64,000 nucleotides of DNA from Alphaproteobacteria bacterium (GCA_965220745.1 CBDCQT010000013.1:128001-192000), one strand, 5' to 3'; positions 51,205 to 62,228 are shown, counted from the first letter of the stretch. A program made the numbers and translations. The notes: a model not told the origin generated them from the letters alone.

Positions 51205-51665
51205 TGTCCGAGCTGCGCGAGCTTTATCAGGAGGTGATCCTCGATCACGGCAAGTCGCCGCGCAATTTCGGCAAGCCGCCGGCGGTGACCGGCGAATCCC
51301 ACGGCCACAACCCGCTCTGCGGCGACACGATCACAATCTACGTCGATGTGGCCAACGACGTGGTCACCGACATCGGCTTCGAGGGCAGGGGCTGCGCCAT
51401 CTCCATGGCGTCGGCCTCGATGATGACCGAGATGCTGCGCGGCAAGTCCCTTGACGAGGTGGAGGCAATGTTCGCCGAGTTCCACGCTCTGGTGGCGTCG
51501 ACCGAGCCAGCCTGCGAGGCGGGCTTCGAAACGCCGGATCTGGACAAGCTGATCGTGCTCGCCGGCGTGCGGGAGTTCCCGATGCGGGTCAAGTGTGCGA
51601 CGCTTCCCTGGCACACGATGAAGGCGGCGCTCGACGGCGAGAGCGAGGAGATCACGACGGAATGA
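51204..51665 (+). CDS. sufU: SUF system NifU-family protein SufU
   Basis: LYQEVILDH, NPLCGD, GCAIS, RVKCATL. Confidence 0.93.
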   Translation: MSELRELYQEVILDHGKSPRNFGKPPAVTGESHGHNPLCGDTITIYVDVANDVVTDIGFEGRGCAISMASASMMTEMLRGKSLDEVEAMFAEFHALVASTEPACEAGFETPDLDKLIVLAGVREFPMRVKCATLPWHTMKAALDGESEEITTE

Positions 51666-52213
51666 TGAACCTGTTCCGCAAGAAGCGCCCGCCCGAGGCG
51701 GAGCCCGAGCCGGCCGCTCCTCCGGAGGCGGTCGAGACATCCCCAGCGCCGACTCCTTCGCCGGCAGCCGCGCCTCAGAGCTACGAGGCCTGGTCGCCGG
51801 ACGGGCCGCCCGGCGCCGTCGGTGCTGGCGGGCTTGCGCCGCAGCTGGTCGAGGCTGCGCCCGAGGCGGCCGAGACCCTGCCGACACCGCCGGGCTTGAG
51901 CCCCGATCACCCGCTTGCAGGCCAGATCGCGCGGGCCTTGAGCTCCGTCTACGACCCGGAAATCCCGGTGGACATCTACCAGCTCGGCCTTGTCTACGAC
52001 GTGGCCTTGAACGAGGCCAATGACGCCCGCATATCGATGACGTTGACGACGCCCGGCTGCCCTGTGGCCGGCAGCATGCCCAGCATGGTCGAGCACGCGG
52101 TTGCGACCATGGTGGAAGGGATTGGCGACGTGGAGGTCGATCTGGTGTGGGATCCGCCCTGGTCTCCGGACATGATGTCGGAGGCCGCCCAGCTCGAACT
52201 CGGCTTTATGTAA
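51662..52213 (+). CDS. DUF59/SufT Fe-S assembly protein with Pro-rich N-terminus
   Basis: VYDPEIPVDI, MTLTTPGCPVA, WDPPW. Confidence 0.9.
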   Translation: MMNLFRKKRPPEAEPEPAAPPEAVETSPAPTPSPAAAPQSYEAWSPDGPPGAVGAGGLAPQLVEAAPEAAETLPTPPGLSPDHPLAGQIARALSSVYDPEIPVDIYQLGLVYDVALNEANDARISMTLTTPGCPVAGSMPSMVEHAVATMVEGIGDVEVDLVWDPPWSPDMMSEAAQLELGFM

Positions 52214-52237
52214 CCGCCATCGGACGCGGAATTTGTG

Positions 52238-52582
52238 ATGAAGGACATTCTCTCCATTAGCGAGCGCGCGGCAGAGCGCATCAACCACCTGATGTCGCTT
52301 CGGCCGGACGATGCCGAGCCCGCCGTCGGCATCAAGATCGGAGTCAGGAACGCCGGCTGCTCCGGCATGTCCTACACCATGGACTATGCGGAGGAGGTGC
52401 CGCCCGCCGCCGAGGTGATCACGCAGCGGGGTGTGACGGTGGTGGTGGACCCGGCCGCGGTAATGTTTCTGATCGGCACCGAGCTCGACTTCAGCGAGGA
52501 CAAGCTCAGCGCCACCTTCGTCTTCAACAACCCCAACGTCACCAGCACTTGCGGCTGCGGCGAGAGCTTTGCCGTCAACTGA
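52238..52582 (+). CDS. A-type Fe-S carrier (SufA/IscA)
   Basis: GCSGMSY and NPN...CGCGESF. Confidence 0.93.
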   Translation: MKDILSISERAAERINHLMSLRPDDAEPAVGIKIGVRNAGCSGMSYTMDYAEEVPPAAEVITQRGVTVVVDPAAVMFLIGTELDFSEDKLSATFVFNNPNVTSTCGCGESFAVN

Positions 52583-52696
52583 GGCCGGGCCGGCAGCAAG
52601 AACAAGAAATTACAAAACGAACCCAATTTCGCGCAACTTATTGATTTAGAACCAACTTATCGCGTTCTGCAGGCCCTCACGTCGGGCCAGCGGTGC

Positions 52697-52773
52697 TGGT
52701 CGGGGTGGCCGGATTTGAACCGGCGACCCTCTGCTCCCAAAGCAGATGCGCTACCTGGCTGCGCCACACCCCG
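52697..52773 (-). tRNA. tRNA-Pro(TGG)
   Basis: CGGGGTGTGGCGCAG...TCTGC-TTTGGGA-GCAGA...GTTCAAATCC...ACCA, 77 nt. Confidence 0.96.
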
Positions 52774-52843
52774 GACCGGTTGGGATTCCTGCGCGAGTCA
52801 TAAGAGCCTCGCGACCAGGCCGCAAGCGCGCCGTCCGATAACC

Positions 52844-53587
52844 TTACTTCTTCGGTTGATCGGCTGAGGGTGCGGGGCTCTCGGGTTCCGGGTCCTCTTC
52901 GTCTTCTTCCACCTTAGCGCCGGGCCTGGCATCGGGCGGGCTGACGATGCCGCCGGAGATCACGAGCTTGACGCCTTCCTCCACGGTCATGTCCAGCGGG
53001 ATGCAATCCTTTCGCGGCACGAACAGGAGGAAGCCCGAAGTGGGATTGGGCGTGGTCGGCAGGAACACGTTGACCATCTCCTCCTCCGTCACCCGCTGCA
53101 CCTCGCCCCGCGTGGGGCTGGTGATGAAGCCGATGACCCAGATGCCCCGGCGCGGATACTCGATCAGCACGACTTCGCGGAAGGCGTTGGCCGACTGCGC
53201 CAGCACCGCGTCGAAAATCTGCTTGAGCACGCCATAGATCGTGCGCACCACGGGCACGCGGGCGACCAGGCTTTCGCCGAAGCGGACCAGGAAGCGGCCG
53301 GCCACGTTGGCGAACAGGGCACCGACCAGCGTGACCAGGATCAGCACGATCACGATGCCGACGCCGGGGACGTTCCGGCCCAAAACGTCGGACGGGTTGT
53401 AGGCGTCGGGGATCAGCGGAACGACCGCGCGGTCGAAGAGATCGACCACCAGCCAAAGCAGCCACAGGGTGATGCCGATCGGCGCGGTGACGACGACGCC
53501 GGTGAAGAAGTAGGTCCTGAGGCGCGCGAAGAGGCCGCGCCTGCGCGGCGGCTGGATGAGACGAGGGGGCGGCGTGCTCTCGTTCAT
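52844..53587 (-). CDS. DUF502 membrane protein
   Basis: RTYFFTG, VLIEYPR, VFLPTTPNPTSGF. Confidence 0.9.
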   Translation of the reverse strand: MNESTPPPRLIQPPRRRGLFARLRTYFFTGVVVTAPIGITLWLLWLVVDLFDRAVVPLIPDAYNPSDVLGRNVPGVGIVIVLILVTLVGALFANVAGRFLVRFGESLVARVPVVRTIYGVLKQIFDAVLAQSANAFREVVLIEYPRRGIWVIGFITSPTRGEVQRVTEEEMVNVFLPTTPNPTSGFLLFVPRKDCIPLDMTVEEGVKLVISGGIVSPPDARPGAKVEEDEEDPEPESPAPSADQPKK

Positions 53588-53877
53588 CTCGGGAGGTGAC
53601 GCCGGCGCCCCGGCCTATCGGGGTGATCGAGCGTTCTCGTCATGATCCCGCGGCCCCGCTTGTACAGTTCTCTGTGTACCTGCCACTCAGCGTTGTCGCC
53701 AGATTATTCGTTGTGGGGCAATGCCGAGCTTGACGCGCTGTCCGACCGTCTGAGGCTGCTTGGCGGGGTGCGACGCGGCGCCTATCATGACGCCACACGG
53801 CGCACCTTCGCGTGGCCGCCGGCGCGGTTGAGCCCGTAAGCCGGCAAAGACTGCGCGCAGCTAGGGAGGAAGAGCCG

Positions 53878-54825
53878 ATGTCCAGACAACTCACCGTCGC
53901 CGCGGCCCAAATGGGACCCGTTGCGCGCGCCGAGACACGCACGCAAGTGGTCGACAGGCTGATAGCGATGCTGCGCGCCGCGCACCAGGCCGGCGCCACG
54001 CTCGTGGTCTTTCCGGAACTGGCGCTCACCACCTTCTTTCCGCGTTGGGTCATCGACGATCCCGAAGAACTCGACAGCTACTTCGAGACCGAGATGCCGA
54101 ACAACGAAACCCAGCCGCTCTTCGCTGCCGCGCAGGAGCTCGGTGTTGGATTCCACCTCGGCTACGCTGAGATGGTCATCGAGGGCGACGGTTCAAAGCG
54201 CTATTTCAATACCGCCATCATCGTCGACCGCGACGGACAAATCGCCGGGAAGTACCGCAAGGTTCACATTCCCGGACATGCCGAGCCGCAGCCCGGCCAG
54301 GTTCATCAGCATCTCGAGAAGCGCTACTTCGAGCCCGGCGACCTGGGCTTCCCCGTGTTCCGCACCATGGACGGCGTGATGGGGATGTGCATCTGCAACG
54401 ACCGGCGCTGGCCCGAGACCTACCGGGTGATGGGCCTCCAGGGCGTCGAGATGGTCATGCTCGGCTACAACACGCCGAGCACCAATCCCTTCGCCAAGGG
54501 GCAGGAGGCGCCGCATCTCGGCATGTTCCACAACCACCTCTCCATGCAGGCCGGCGCCTATCAAAACGGCACGTGGGTGGTCGCCTCTGCCAAGGCCGGC
54601 ATGGAGGAGGGCATTCACCACATGGGCGGGAGCTGTATCATCGCGCCGACCGGGGAGATCGTGGCTCAGGCCCAGACCGAGGGCGACGAGGTGATCGCCG
54701 CGCCGATCGATTTGGAACGGGGAGTTTATATTCGCGAGACCATCTTCAACTTCGCCGCGCACCGGCGGATCGAGCATTACGGCCTCATCTCCAGCCAGAC
54801 CGGCGTGGAGCCGCCGCCCGCCTGA
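53878..54825 (+). CDS. N-carbamoyl-D-amino acid hydrolase (nitrilase superfamily)
   Basis: FPELALTTFFPRW, YRKVH, HLEKRYF, ICNDRRWPE (E-K-C triad). Confidence 0.92.
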   Translation: MSRQLTVAAAQMGPVARAETRTQVVDRLIAMLRAAHQAGATLVVFPELALTTFFPRWVIDDPEELDSYFETEMPNNETQPLFAAAQELGVGFHLGYAEMVIEGDGSKRYFNTAIIVDRDGQIAGKYRKVHIPGHAEPQPGQVHQHLEKRYFEPGDLGFPVFRTMDGVMGMCICNDRRWPETYRVMGLQGVEMVMLGYNTPSTNPFAKGQEAPHLGMFHNHLSMQAGAYQNGTWVVASAKAGMEEGIHHMGGSCIIAPTGEIVAQAQTEGDEVIAAPIDLERGVYIRETIFNFAAHRRIEHYGLISSQTGVEPPPA

Positions 54826-54849
54826 GCGCCGCCGGCCAGCATGGCCGGC

Positions 54850-55821
54850 TCAGACGGTGAGGACGATCTTGCCGAAGTGTGCGTTGGCGCGCATGTGAGC
54901 CTGCGCTTCTGCCGCCTGCTCCAGCTGAAATGTGCGATCGATCGGCAGGCTGAGCGTGCCGTCCTCCACCGCATCCCAGATGTCGGCACGCATGGCAGCG
55001 TTGATCGCGCGCACTTCCTCCACCGAGCGGGTGCGGAAGGTCACACCGATATAGTCGATGCGCTTCAGCGCGTGCAGGTCGAAGTCGAACTCGGCAGTGA
55101 AGCCGCCGAGGCGGCCCACGTTGACGATGCGTCCCAGCACGGCCGCTGCCTGCATGGTCTGGTTGGCGAGCCCGCCCGAGACCTGATCGATGGTGAGGTC
55201 CACGCCCTTGCCGCCCGTGGCTTCGCGCGCCTGCTCCACCCAGGTGGGGTCGGTGGGGTCCAGGGCGAGGTCCGCGCCGAACTCGGTGAGCCGCGCGCGC
55301 CGGCCGGCGTCGCGGGAGGTGGCGAGCACCGTGCCGGCACCCTTGAGGCGGGCGATCTGGATCGCCATGAGCCCCACACCCGAACTCGCGCCCTGGATCA
55401 GGACGGAGTCACCGGCGGCGAGGCGGCCGTTGGTGACGAGCGCGTCGTGCATGGTCTGGAGCGCGATGGGCAGCGTCGCCGCCTCGGTAGGGCTGGCTGC
55501 GGCCTTGGGCACGGGGCAGACCCGGCCCCAGTCGGTGACGGCGTACTCGGCGTAGCCGCCGGCGCCCGAGCACATGACCCGGTCGCCGGGCTGGAACTCC
55601 GGCACTTCGGCACCGACAGCCGCGACCTCCCCGGCCCATTCGAGGCCCGCGATCGCGCCCGCGCCGCCGAGAGACCCGTGGGGGCGCCCTGCCGCCATGA
55701 TCAGGTCTGCCCGGTTCAGGCCGCTGGCGGCGACCTTGACCAGAATCTCGTTTGGCTTGGGCTCCGGCACCGGTACGTCGCGGACCGCCAGACCGTCTTC
55801 GCCAAGCACCACTGCCTTCAT
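54850..55821 (-). CDS. MDR-family NADPH:quinone oxidoreductase-like protein
   Basis: LNRAD, GGYAEY, GASSGVG, HFGKIVL. Confidence 0.9.
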   Translation of the reverse strand: MKAVVLGEDGLAVRDVPVPEPKPNEILVKVAASGLNRADLIMAAGRPHGSLGGAGAIAGLEWAGEVAAVGAEVPEFQPGDRVMCSGAGGYAEYAVTDWGRVCPVPKAAASPTEAATLPIALQTMHDALVTNGRLAAGDSVLIQGASSGVGLMAIQIARLKGAGTVLATSRDAGRRARLTEFGADLALDPTDPTWVEQAREATGGKGVDLTIDQVSGGLANQTMQAAAVLGRIVNVGRLGGFTAEFDFDLHALKRIDYIGVTFRTRSVEEVRAINAAMRADIWDAVEDGTLSLPIDRTFQLEQAAEAQAHMRANAHFGKIVLTV

Positions 55822-55978
55822 TTGTCGTCTCCCGCCCGCGTCATGCGTACTCCTCCTTATACCCTCCGCCGGCATGATTGGCGTGGTGGCGCGATTCTTT
55901 CGTATCCATAAGGCGATTGCCGGGTATGTCCTTGTGACGTACATGACATGCCGTTCGGCATGTAACGAAGAAATCGGA

Positions 55979-58444
55979 ATGCGAAGCCCGCGCCGCCGAT
56001 TGACGCCACTGGCCCGGATTGCGGTCCCGCTGCTGGCCGTCGTGGCGCTGGTCTCGGGCTGCGGCGGCGGGGGTGGCGATCCAAGCCCGCAAACGTCGGC
56101 CCCACCGGCGACCGATTTGCCAGCGGAGTCCGACCGGCCATCCGAGCTCGACCCGCCGCCGATCGAGGATGCCATGCCGGCGTGCATCGAGACTATCATC
56201 GGTTGCTTGGCACCGGCGGCGTACGAAGCGGAGCGCCAAACGATCGCAGATGCGCATAGCGGCGCGGACGGGTTCAAGAACCAGTGGGGCTTGAGGCTGA
56301 TTCGGGCGGACCAGGCCTATGCGCAACTCGAGCTGAAGCATGGCAGCGGTACGGAGCCCGGCAGCGGCCAGACGGTTGGTCTGATTGACACCGGCATCGA
56401 TGCAGGGCATCCGGTGTTCGCCGGCAAGACCGTAAGCGAGCATTTTTTCGGTAGGGCGCAAGACGAGACTGGCCGGGAGTTTTCTCATGGGACGGCAGTC
56501 GCCAGCATCATCGCGGCCCGGCAGAACGCGATGTTCGACTACCCCGGCGCGAGTCCCGCGCAGGGTGCCGCCTGGGGCGCCGATATCGCGATGTTCGCCG
56601 TGCCGACTGGTGCAGATGACGGCGCCTACGAACCGATCCCGTTGACTGCTCAAACCAGCGATGACGACCGATGGGCGACCCAGTTTAGGCACTTGATCAA
56701 TTGGTCCAGCGACGGGCGGACACTCGATTTCGTCAACGTGAGCGTGGGGTACCACGGGATCATCGACCAGTACAGCGAAGAGGATCTGCGCGCCAGCTTC
56801 GGCAGCTATATCGAGACCCTCGCGCAGGCGGACACGACCGATAAGATGGTCTTCATCTGGGCGGCCGGTAATGCCCACGGCGACGACTGCAATGCCGTGG
56901 ACTTCGAGAGCGACCCGGACCTTTGCATAGATGGAAAAATCAACGCCAGGTCGGTCGAGGTTCAGGCCGGCCTTCCGGCCCGGATCGCCGAGTTGCGCGG
57001 GCACCTCATTTCCGTCGTGGCCGTCGCGCCCGACAGTGACATGGATGGCGACTACGAGATCGCCGACTTCTCCAATCGCTGCGGCATAGCCAAGGACTGG
57101 TGCATCGCTGCACCGGGCGAGGACGTCCGGGTGGCCTATTTCGGACCCTACGAGGGGACAGCGGGAGCGCGGCGCAACGGCACTGGCGGCGGAACATCGT
57201 TTGCCGCGCCTATGGTGACGGGTGCGCTCGTGGTGATGAAGGACTATTTCCGCGACGAGCTGTACAACACCGATCTCGTTGCGCGGCTTATGGCGACTGC
57301 CAACAAGAGCGGCATCTATGCCGACGCGGATGTCTACGGCCAGGGCCTCTTGGACCTAGCCGCCGCGACCTCGCCTGCCGGTACGCGCACGCCCAGCATT
57401 GCACTCGATCAGCGGGTCGAGGGCGTCGGCGTCGATCTGGCGGCGACCGGCCTCGGGCTCGGCACAGCCCTCGGCGACGGGCTCACGCGGGCGCTCGCCG
57501 GGCAAGAAGTCGCAGCCTTCGACGCGCTGGGTGCGCCGTTTTGGTATTCGCTCGGCACTCTCACCGAGATTGCGCAAGGCCCCTCGGCAGGTGCACGGCT
57601 TCGAAGATTCATGGTGCAAGCGCGTGAAGGACGCGAGCCCGTCCGCTGGCACCCAACTCTCGGTGCACTCGAGGATGTCGATGGGGGTGGCGTCTCCGCC
57701 CCGCTGCGATTGGGCTTACTCGCTACGCCGACGCTGGGAGCCAGCGGGGGGCATCTCTCTCTCGCCGGGCGGGCAGTGGCTTTGGGCACTGCGGGGAACG
57801 GAGGTGTTGTTTCCGCTGCTGCATTTTCCACCGAAGGCCTGGACGGGGTGGCGCCGGCATCGGGGGCCATGATCGTCTGGCAACCGGAAGGAGGAGCCCC
57901 TCTCGGCTTGCACGGCGGTCTGGTGGCCGAACGTCAGGGCCTTCTCGGCTCCAGCGCGACCGGCGCCTTCGGGCGCATGGCGGCTGCGTCCGCCTTCGCC
58001 GGTGTCCAGGCGAGCGAGCAGGTCGGTGCGTGGCATCTCGGTGCCAACGCCGAGATCGGTACGGTCAACGCGTCGGTGCGCGGCGGGCTGATCGGCGATA
58101 TCTCACCGCTAACTACGAGTGCCTTCACCCTCCACGCAGCGCGGTCCTTTGCCGATGCGGGCACGCTCACTGTCTCGCTCTCGCAGCCGCTCCGCGTCGA
58201 GGCCGGCAAGGCCCGTCTTGCGGTCCCGATCGGTCGCACGAAAGATGGATACGTGCGCCGCAGTTCGGTGACCGCCGATCTCGTGCCCACGGGCCGGCAG
58301 ATCGAACTCGCGGCTCAGTGGTGGCAGGCACTCGCGACGGGCGGCGAGCTGCGCTTCGGCGCGATCTGGACCCGCCATCCGGGGCACGCCGCTGTGGCGG
58401 ACCCCGATCTCACGTTGCTGGCAGGTTGGCGGCAGACCTTCTGA
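55979..58444 (+). CDS. S8 (subtilisin-like) serine peptidase lipoprotein with C-terminal beta-barrel-like domain
   Basis: Lipobox VSGC; IDTG, HGTAVA, AAGN, GTSFAAP; YGQGLLDL; ends GWRQTF. Confidence 0.88.
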   Translation: MRSPRRRLTPLARIAVPLLAVVALVSGCGGGGGDPSPQTSAPPATDLPAESDRPSELDPPPIEDAMPACIETIIGCLAPAAYEAERQTIADAHSGADGFKNQWGLRLIRADQAYAQLELKHGSGTEPGSGQTVGLIDTGIDAGHPVFAGKTVSEHFFGRAQDETGREFSHGTAVASIIAARQNAMFDYPGASPAQGAAWGADIAMFAVPTGADDGAYEPIPLTAQTSDDDRWATQFRHLINWSSDGRTLDFVNVSVGYHGIIDQYSEEDLRASFGSYIETLAQADTTDKMVFIWAAGNAHGDDCNAVDFESDPDLCIDGKINARSVEVQAGLPARIAELRGHLISVVAVAPDSDMDGDYEIADFSNRCGIAKDWCIAAPGEDVRVAYFGPYEGTAGARRNGTGGGTSFAAPMVTGALVVMKDYFRDELYNTDLVARLMATANKSGIYADADVYGQGLLDLAAATSPAGTRTPSIALDQRVEGVGVDLAATGLGLGTALGDGLTRALAGQEVAAFDALGAPFWYSLGTLTEIAQGPSAGARLRRFMVQAREGREPVRWHPTLGALEDVDGGGVSAPLRLGLLATPTLGASGGHLSLAGRAVALGTAGNGGVVSAAAFSTEGLDGVAPASGAMIVWQPEGGAPLGLHGGLVAERQGLLGSSATGAFGRMAAASAFAGVQASEQVGAWHLGANAEIGTVNASVRGGLIGDISPLTTSAFTLHAARSFADAGTLTVSLSQPLRVEAGKARLAVPIGRTKDGYVRRSSVTADLVPTGRQIELAAQWWQALATGGELRFGAIWTRHPGHAAVADPDLTLLAGWRQTF

Positions 58445-58684
58445 CACATATTTGATTCAATTGAATGGAAGCATCGCCACTCGAGAGGGCATAGCATGTC
58501 GTGCCGTTGCGCTGGTCAGTGGCATGCTGCTGACCAGTTGTGACAGTTCAATGACAGTGCCGCGATGGTGCTATAACGATTCGGTAACCGTTGACGCTTT
58601 TCATGGTCACGCTCAAACTTTTGTCGTCGAGTCGTTATTCGCGATAATCGGTATCGAACCCCAAGAGTGAAATGGGAGCGAGCA

Positions 58685-58960
58685 ATGAACAAGGCTGAGC
58701 TGATCAGGGCTGTCGCAAGCGACGCGGACATTTCCAACGCCGACGCTGCGCGCGCGGTGGACAGTGTGTTCGGCGCCATCACCGACACGCTGCGGAGCGG
58801 CTCCGACGTCAGGCTGGCGGGGTTTGGTTCGTTCAGCGTCGTCGAACGGAAGGCCACGACCGGACGAAACCCCCGCACGGGCGAAACGATTGCGATCGCC
58901 GCCTCCAAGCAGCCGAAGTTCAAGGCTGGCAAGACGCTCAAGGACGCGGTCAACGCCTGA
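58685..58960 (+). CDS. hup: DNA-binding protein HU
   Basis: MNKAELI, GFGSF, GRNPRTGE, PKFKAGKTLKDAVN. Confidence 0.95.
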   Translation: MNKAELIRAVASDADISNADAARAVDSVFGAITDTLRSGSDVRLAGFGSFSVVERKATTGRNPRTGETIAIAASKQPKFKAGKTLKDAVNA

Positions 58961-58982
58961 TCGCTGTCCCGCCGGCTGGCGC

Positions 58983-59058
58983 GGGCGGTTAGCTCAGCTG
59001 GGAGAGCGCTTGGTTTACACCCAAGAGGTCGGCGGTTCGATCCCGTCACCGCCCACCA
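58983..59058 (+). tRNA. tRNA-Val(TAC)
   Basis: GGGCGGTTAGCTCAG...CTTGG-TTTACAC-CCAAG...GTTCGATCCC...ACCA. Confidence 0.96.
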
Positions 59059-59228
59059 GGCGTCGGTTGTTCCAGGTGCGCGACGACGCGGAAGCCTAGC
59101 CGAGCAGGCCGGGCCCCGCAGCGCGCGGTCCCTTCTGTTCCCACCCTCAGCCAAGCAACTTGACCGCGCCGGACCCCTGCTCTACATGGAGGCGGCCGGC
59201 GCGGCGACGGCACGCCGCCGGACCTGTC

Positions 59229-59307
59229 GGGGGTGTAGCTCAGCCTGGTTTAGAGCGCCGGCCTGTCACGCCGGAGGTCGCGGGTTCGAGTCCCGTCACT
59301 CCCGCCA
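59229..59307 (+). tRNA. tRNA-Asp(GTC)
   Basis: GGGGGTGTAGCTCAG...CCGGC-CTGTCAC-GCCGG...GTTCGAGTCC...GCCA. Confidence 0.96.
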
Positions 59308-59479
59308 CTTCCCCGGGGCGCCGTTCTTGAGCACCGGGACGGGAAGAGCTGCAACGGGGTGCCGTTTTGATGCAGGCTGCGGGATTCGGGGGTGGCCGGG
59401 GATGGCTGCGGCGCGAATGCCGTAGGGCGCCAGTGCGCGAACCGTTGGCCGCACGAGGCCGATCGGTAGGTGATCGCTG

Positions 59480-59854
59480 ATGACTGCATCGACTGATCTT
59501 CTCCTCGAATATCTGCCCATCGTCATCTTTCTCGGTATCGCCGGTGTGATGGCGATTGCCGCCATCGCGGGCTCCTACGTGCTCGCGCCGCAACGGCCCG
59601 ATCGCGACAAGATCGCCGCCTACGAGTGCGGCTTTGACGCCTTTGAGGATGCGCGCGGCCGCTTCGACGTGCGCTTCTACCTCGTGGCCATCCTCTTCAT
59701 CATCTTCGACCTTGAGGTCGCCTACCTGTTTCCGTGGGCGGTCTCGTTCAGCGAGATCGGGCTTTACGGCTTCTGGTCGATGATCGTCTTCCTCGGGCTG
59801 CTGACCATCGGCTTCGTGTACGAGTGGAAGAAAGGCGCGCTCGAATGGGAGTAG
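59480..59854 (+). CDS. nuoA: NADH-quinone oxidoreductase subunit A
   Basis: [20 protein letters not shown]. Confidence 0.96.
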   Translation: MTASTDLLLEYLPIVIFLGIAGVMAIAAIAGSYVLAPQRPDRDKIAAYECGFDAFEDARGRFDVRFYLVAILFIIFDLEVAYLFPWAVSFSEIGLYGFWSMIVFLGLLTIGFVYEWKKGALEWE

Positions 59855-60399
59855 AGAGCACGACCGTCGGCCTGCCGGGCAAGCCGTTGCCGGCGGGTGA
59901 GACCCAGGATCAGGCGCTCGCGCTGGTCAGCGGCGAGCTGAACGACAAGGGCTTCGTCGTCGCCCAGCTCGACAGCGTCATCAACTGGGCGCGCACGGGC
60001 TCGCTCTGGCCGATGACCTTCGGGCTCGCCTGCTGCGCGGTCGAGTTCATGCAGACCATCGCGTCCCGCTACGACATCGACCGCATCGGTATGGTGCCGC
60101 GCGCGAGCCCGCGCCAATCGGACGTGATGATCGTCGCCGGCACGCTCTGCAACAAGATGGCGCCCGCGTTCCGGCGGGTCTACGACCAGATGCCGGAGCC
60201 GCGCTACGTCATTTCCATGGGTAGCTGCGCCAATGGTGGCGGCTACTATCACTATTCCTATTCGGTGGTGCGGGGCTGCGACCGTGTTGTCCCGGTGGAT
60301 GTCTACGTCCCCGGCTGTCCGCCCACGGCCGAAGCGCTGCTTTACGGCATCATGCAATTGCAGCGGAAGATCCGGCGCGAAGGGACCATCGCGCGCTAG
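59845..60399 (+). CDS. nuoB: NADH-quinone oxidoreductase subunit B
   Basis: [28 protein letters not shown]. Confidence 0.96.
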   Translation: MGVESTTVGLPGKPLPAGETQDQALALVSGELNDKGFVVAQLDSVINWARTGSLWPMTFGLACCAVEFMQTIASRYDIDRIGMVPRASPRQSDVMIVAGTLCNKMAPAFRRVYDQMPEPRYVISMGSCANGGGYYHYSYSVVRGCDRVVPVDVYVPGCPPTAEALLYGIMQLQRKIRREGTIAR

Positions 60400-60423
60400 C
60401 GCGCGAGCAGAGCGGGCGAGGGG

Positions 60424-61047
60424 ATGGACACGGCCGGACTACGCGACCTGGGCGAGCACGTCGCGACCAGTCTCAGCGACTACGTGTTCGCGGCCGAGGT
60501 CACCCGCGACGAACTGACCGTGGACGTGCGCGCGGACCAGGTGGTGCGTGTGCTCAAATTCCTGAAGGACGATCCGCGCTGCCGCTTCGAGCAGCTGACC
60601 GACCTCTGCGGCGTCGATTATCCGGAGCGAGACCCGCGCTTCGATGTCGTCTATCACCTGCTCAGCTTGAGCCACAATTGCCGGCTGCGCCTCAAGGTCG
60701 GCGTCAACGAGGACCAGCCGGTGCCGTCGGCGACCGAGATCTACCCCTCCGCCGGATGGTGGGAGCGCGAGACCTGGGACCTCTACGGCATCTACTTCGC
60801 CGGCAACCCGGACCTGCGCCGGCTGCTCACGGACTACGGCTTCGACGGCCACCCGCTACGCAAGGATTTTCCGCTCACCGGCTACGTGGAGCTGCGTTAC
60901 GATTCGGAGCAGAAGCGGGTGGTGTACGAGCCGGTGAAGCTCACCCAGGAATTCCGCCGCTTCGACTTCCTGAGCCCCTGGGAAGGTGCGGCCTACCCGC
61001 TGCCGGGCGACGAGAAGGCGGATGAAGCGGGCGAGGACGGGCGCTGA
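60424..61047 (+). CDS. nuoC: NADH-quinone oxidoreductase subunit C
   Basis: [20 protein letters not shown]. Confidence 0.96.
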   Translation: MDTAGLRDLGEHVATSLSDYVFAAEVTRDELTVDVRADQVVRVLKFLKDDPRCRFEQLTDLCGVDYPERDPRFDVVYHLLSLSHNCRLRLKVGVNEDQPVPSATEIYPSAGWWERETWDLYGIYFAGNPDLRRLLTDYGFDGHPLRKDFPLTGYVELRYDSEQKRVVYEPVKLTQEFRRFDFLSPWEGAAYPLPGDEKADEAGEDGR

Positions 61048-61049
61048 TC

Positions 61050-62228
61050 ATGAGCGAGCGCCAGATCCGCAACATGACCGTGAACTTCGGGCCGCAGCAT
61101 CCGGCGGCGCACGGGGTTCTCCGCCTTGTGCTGGAGATGGACGGCGAGGTGGTCGAGCGGGCGGACCCGCACATCGGGCTGCTCCATCGCGGCACCGAGA
61201 AGCTGATCGAGTACAAGACCTACCTGCAGGCAGTGCCCTACTTCGACCGGCTCGACTATGTCGCGCCGATGAACCAGGAGCACGCCTACGCGCTCGCGGT
61301 CGAGGCTCTGCTCGGACTGGAGATTCCCAGACGGGCCCAGTACATCCGGGTGCTCTACAGCGAGATTTCGCGCATCGCCAACCACTTGATGAACATCTGC
61401 ACCATGGCGCTCGACGTCGGCGCGATGACGCCCTTCTTCTGGGGCTTCGAGGAGCGTGAGCTGACCATGGAGTTCTACGAGCGGGCGTCGGGCTCGCGCC
61501 TCCATGCCGCCTACTTCCGCCCCGGCGGTGTCGCCTACGATCTCGCCCCCGACTTGCTCTCGGATATTGGTGCGTGGAACGAGAAATTCCCCAAGGTCAT
61601 CGACGACATCGAGAACGTGCTGACCGAGAACCGCATCTTCAAGCAGCGGACAGTCGACATCGGCATTCTGAGCCCGCAGGAGGCCTTCGATTGGGGGCTC
61701 ACCGGGCCGGTACTGCGCGGCTCCGGCGTCTCTTGGGACCTGCGCCGCAACCAGCCCTACGAGGTCTACAGCGAGCTCGAATTCGGGGTGCCTGTCGGCT
61801 CCAACGGCGACTGCTACGAGCGCTATCTCGTCCGCATGGAAGAGATGAGGCAATGCGTCAAAATAATCGCGCAATGCCTTGAAAAGATGCCGGAAGGGCC
61901 GGTCAAGGTTCAGGACAACAAGATCACGCCACCATCCAGGGCCGTGATGAAGGAGTCGATGGAAGCGCTGATCCATCACTTCAAGCTCTACACCGAGGGC
62001 TACCACGTGCCGGCGGGCGAGACCTACCGCGCGGTGGAGGCGCCGAAGGGCGAGTTCGGGGTCTATCTCGTGGCCGACGGCACCAACCGGCCCTATCGCT
62101 GCAAGATCAGGGCGCCGGGCTTCGCGCACCTGCAGGTGCTCGATCACATGAGCAAGGGCCACATGCTGGCAGACACGGTGGCCAACTTAGCCAGCATGGA
62201 CATCGTGTTCGGGGAGATCGACCGGTGA
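61050..62228 (+). CDS. nuoD: NADH-quinone oxidoreductase subunit D
   Basis: [28 protein letters not shown]. Confidence 0.97.
   Translation: MSERQIRNMTVNFGPQHPAAHGVLRLVLEMDGEVVERADPHIGLLHRGTEKLIEYKTYLQAVPYFDRLDYVAPMNQEHAYALAVEALLGLEIPRRAQYIRVLYSEISRIANHLMNICTMALDVGAMTPFFWGFEERELTMEFYERASGSRLHAAYFRPGGVAYDLAPDLLSDIGAWNEKFPKVIDDIENVLTENRIFKQRTVDIGILSPQEAFDWGLTGPVLRGSGVSWDLRRNQPYEVYSELEFGVPVGSNGDCYERYLVRMEEMRQCVKIIAQCLEKMPEGPVKVQDNKITPPSRAVMKESMEALIHHFKLYTEGYHVPAGETYRAVEAPKGEFGVYLVADGTNRPYRCKIRAPGFAHLQVLDHMSKGHMLADTVANLASMDIVFGEIDR

Noticed and set aside
59229-59307. tRNA-Asp is 79 nt with an 11-nt D-loop
   Set aside because: Within normal D-loop variation; stems and CCA are intact.
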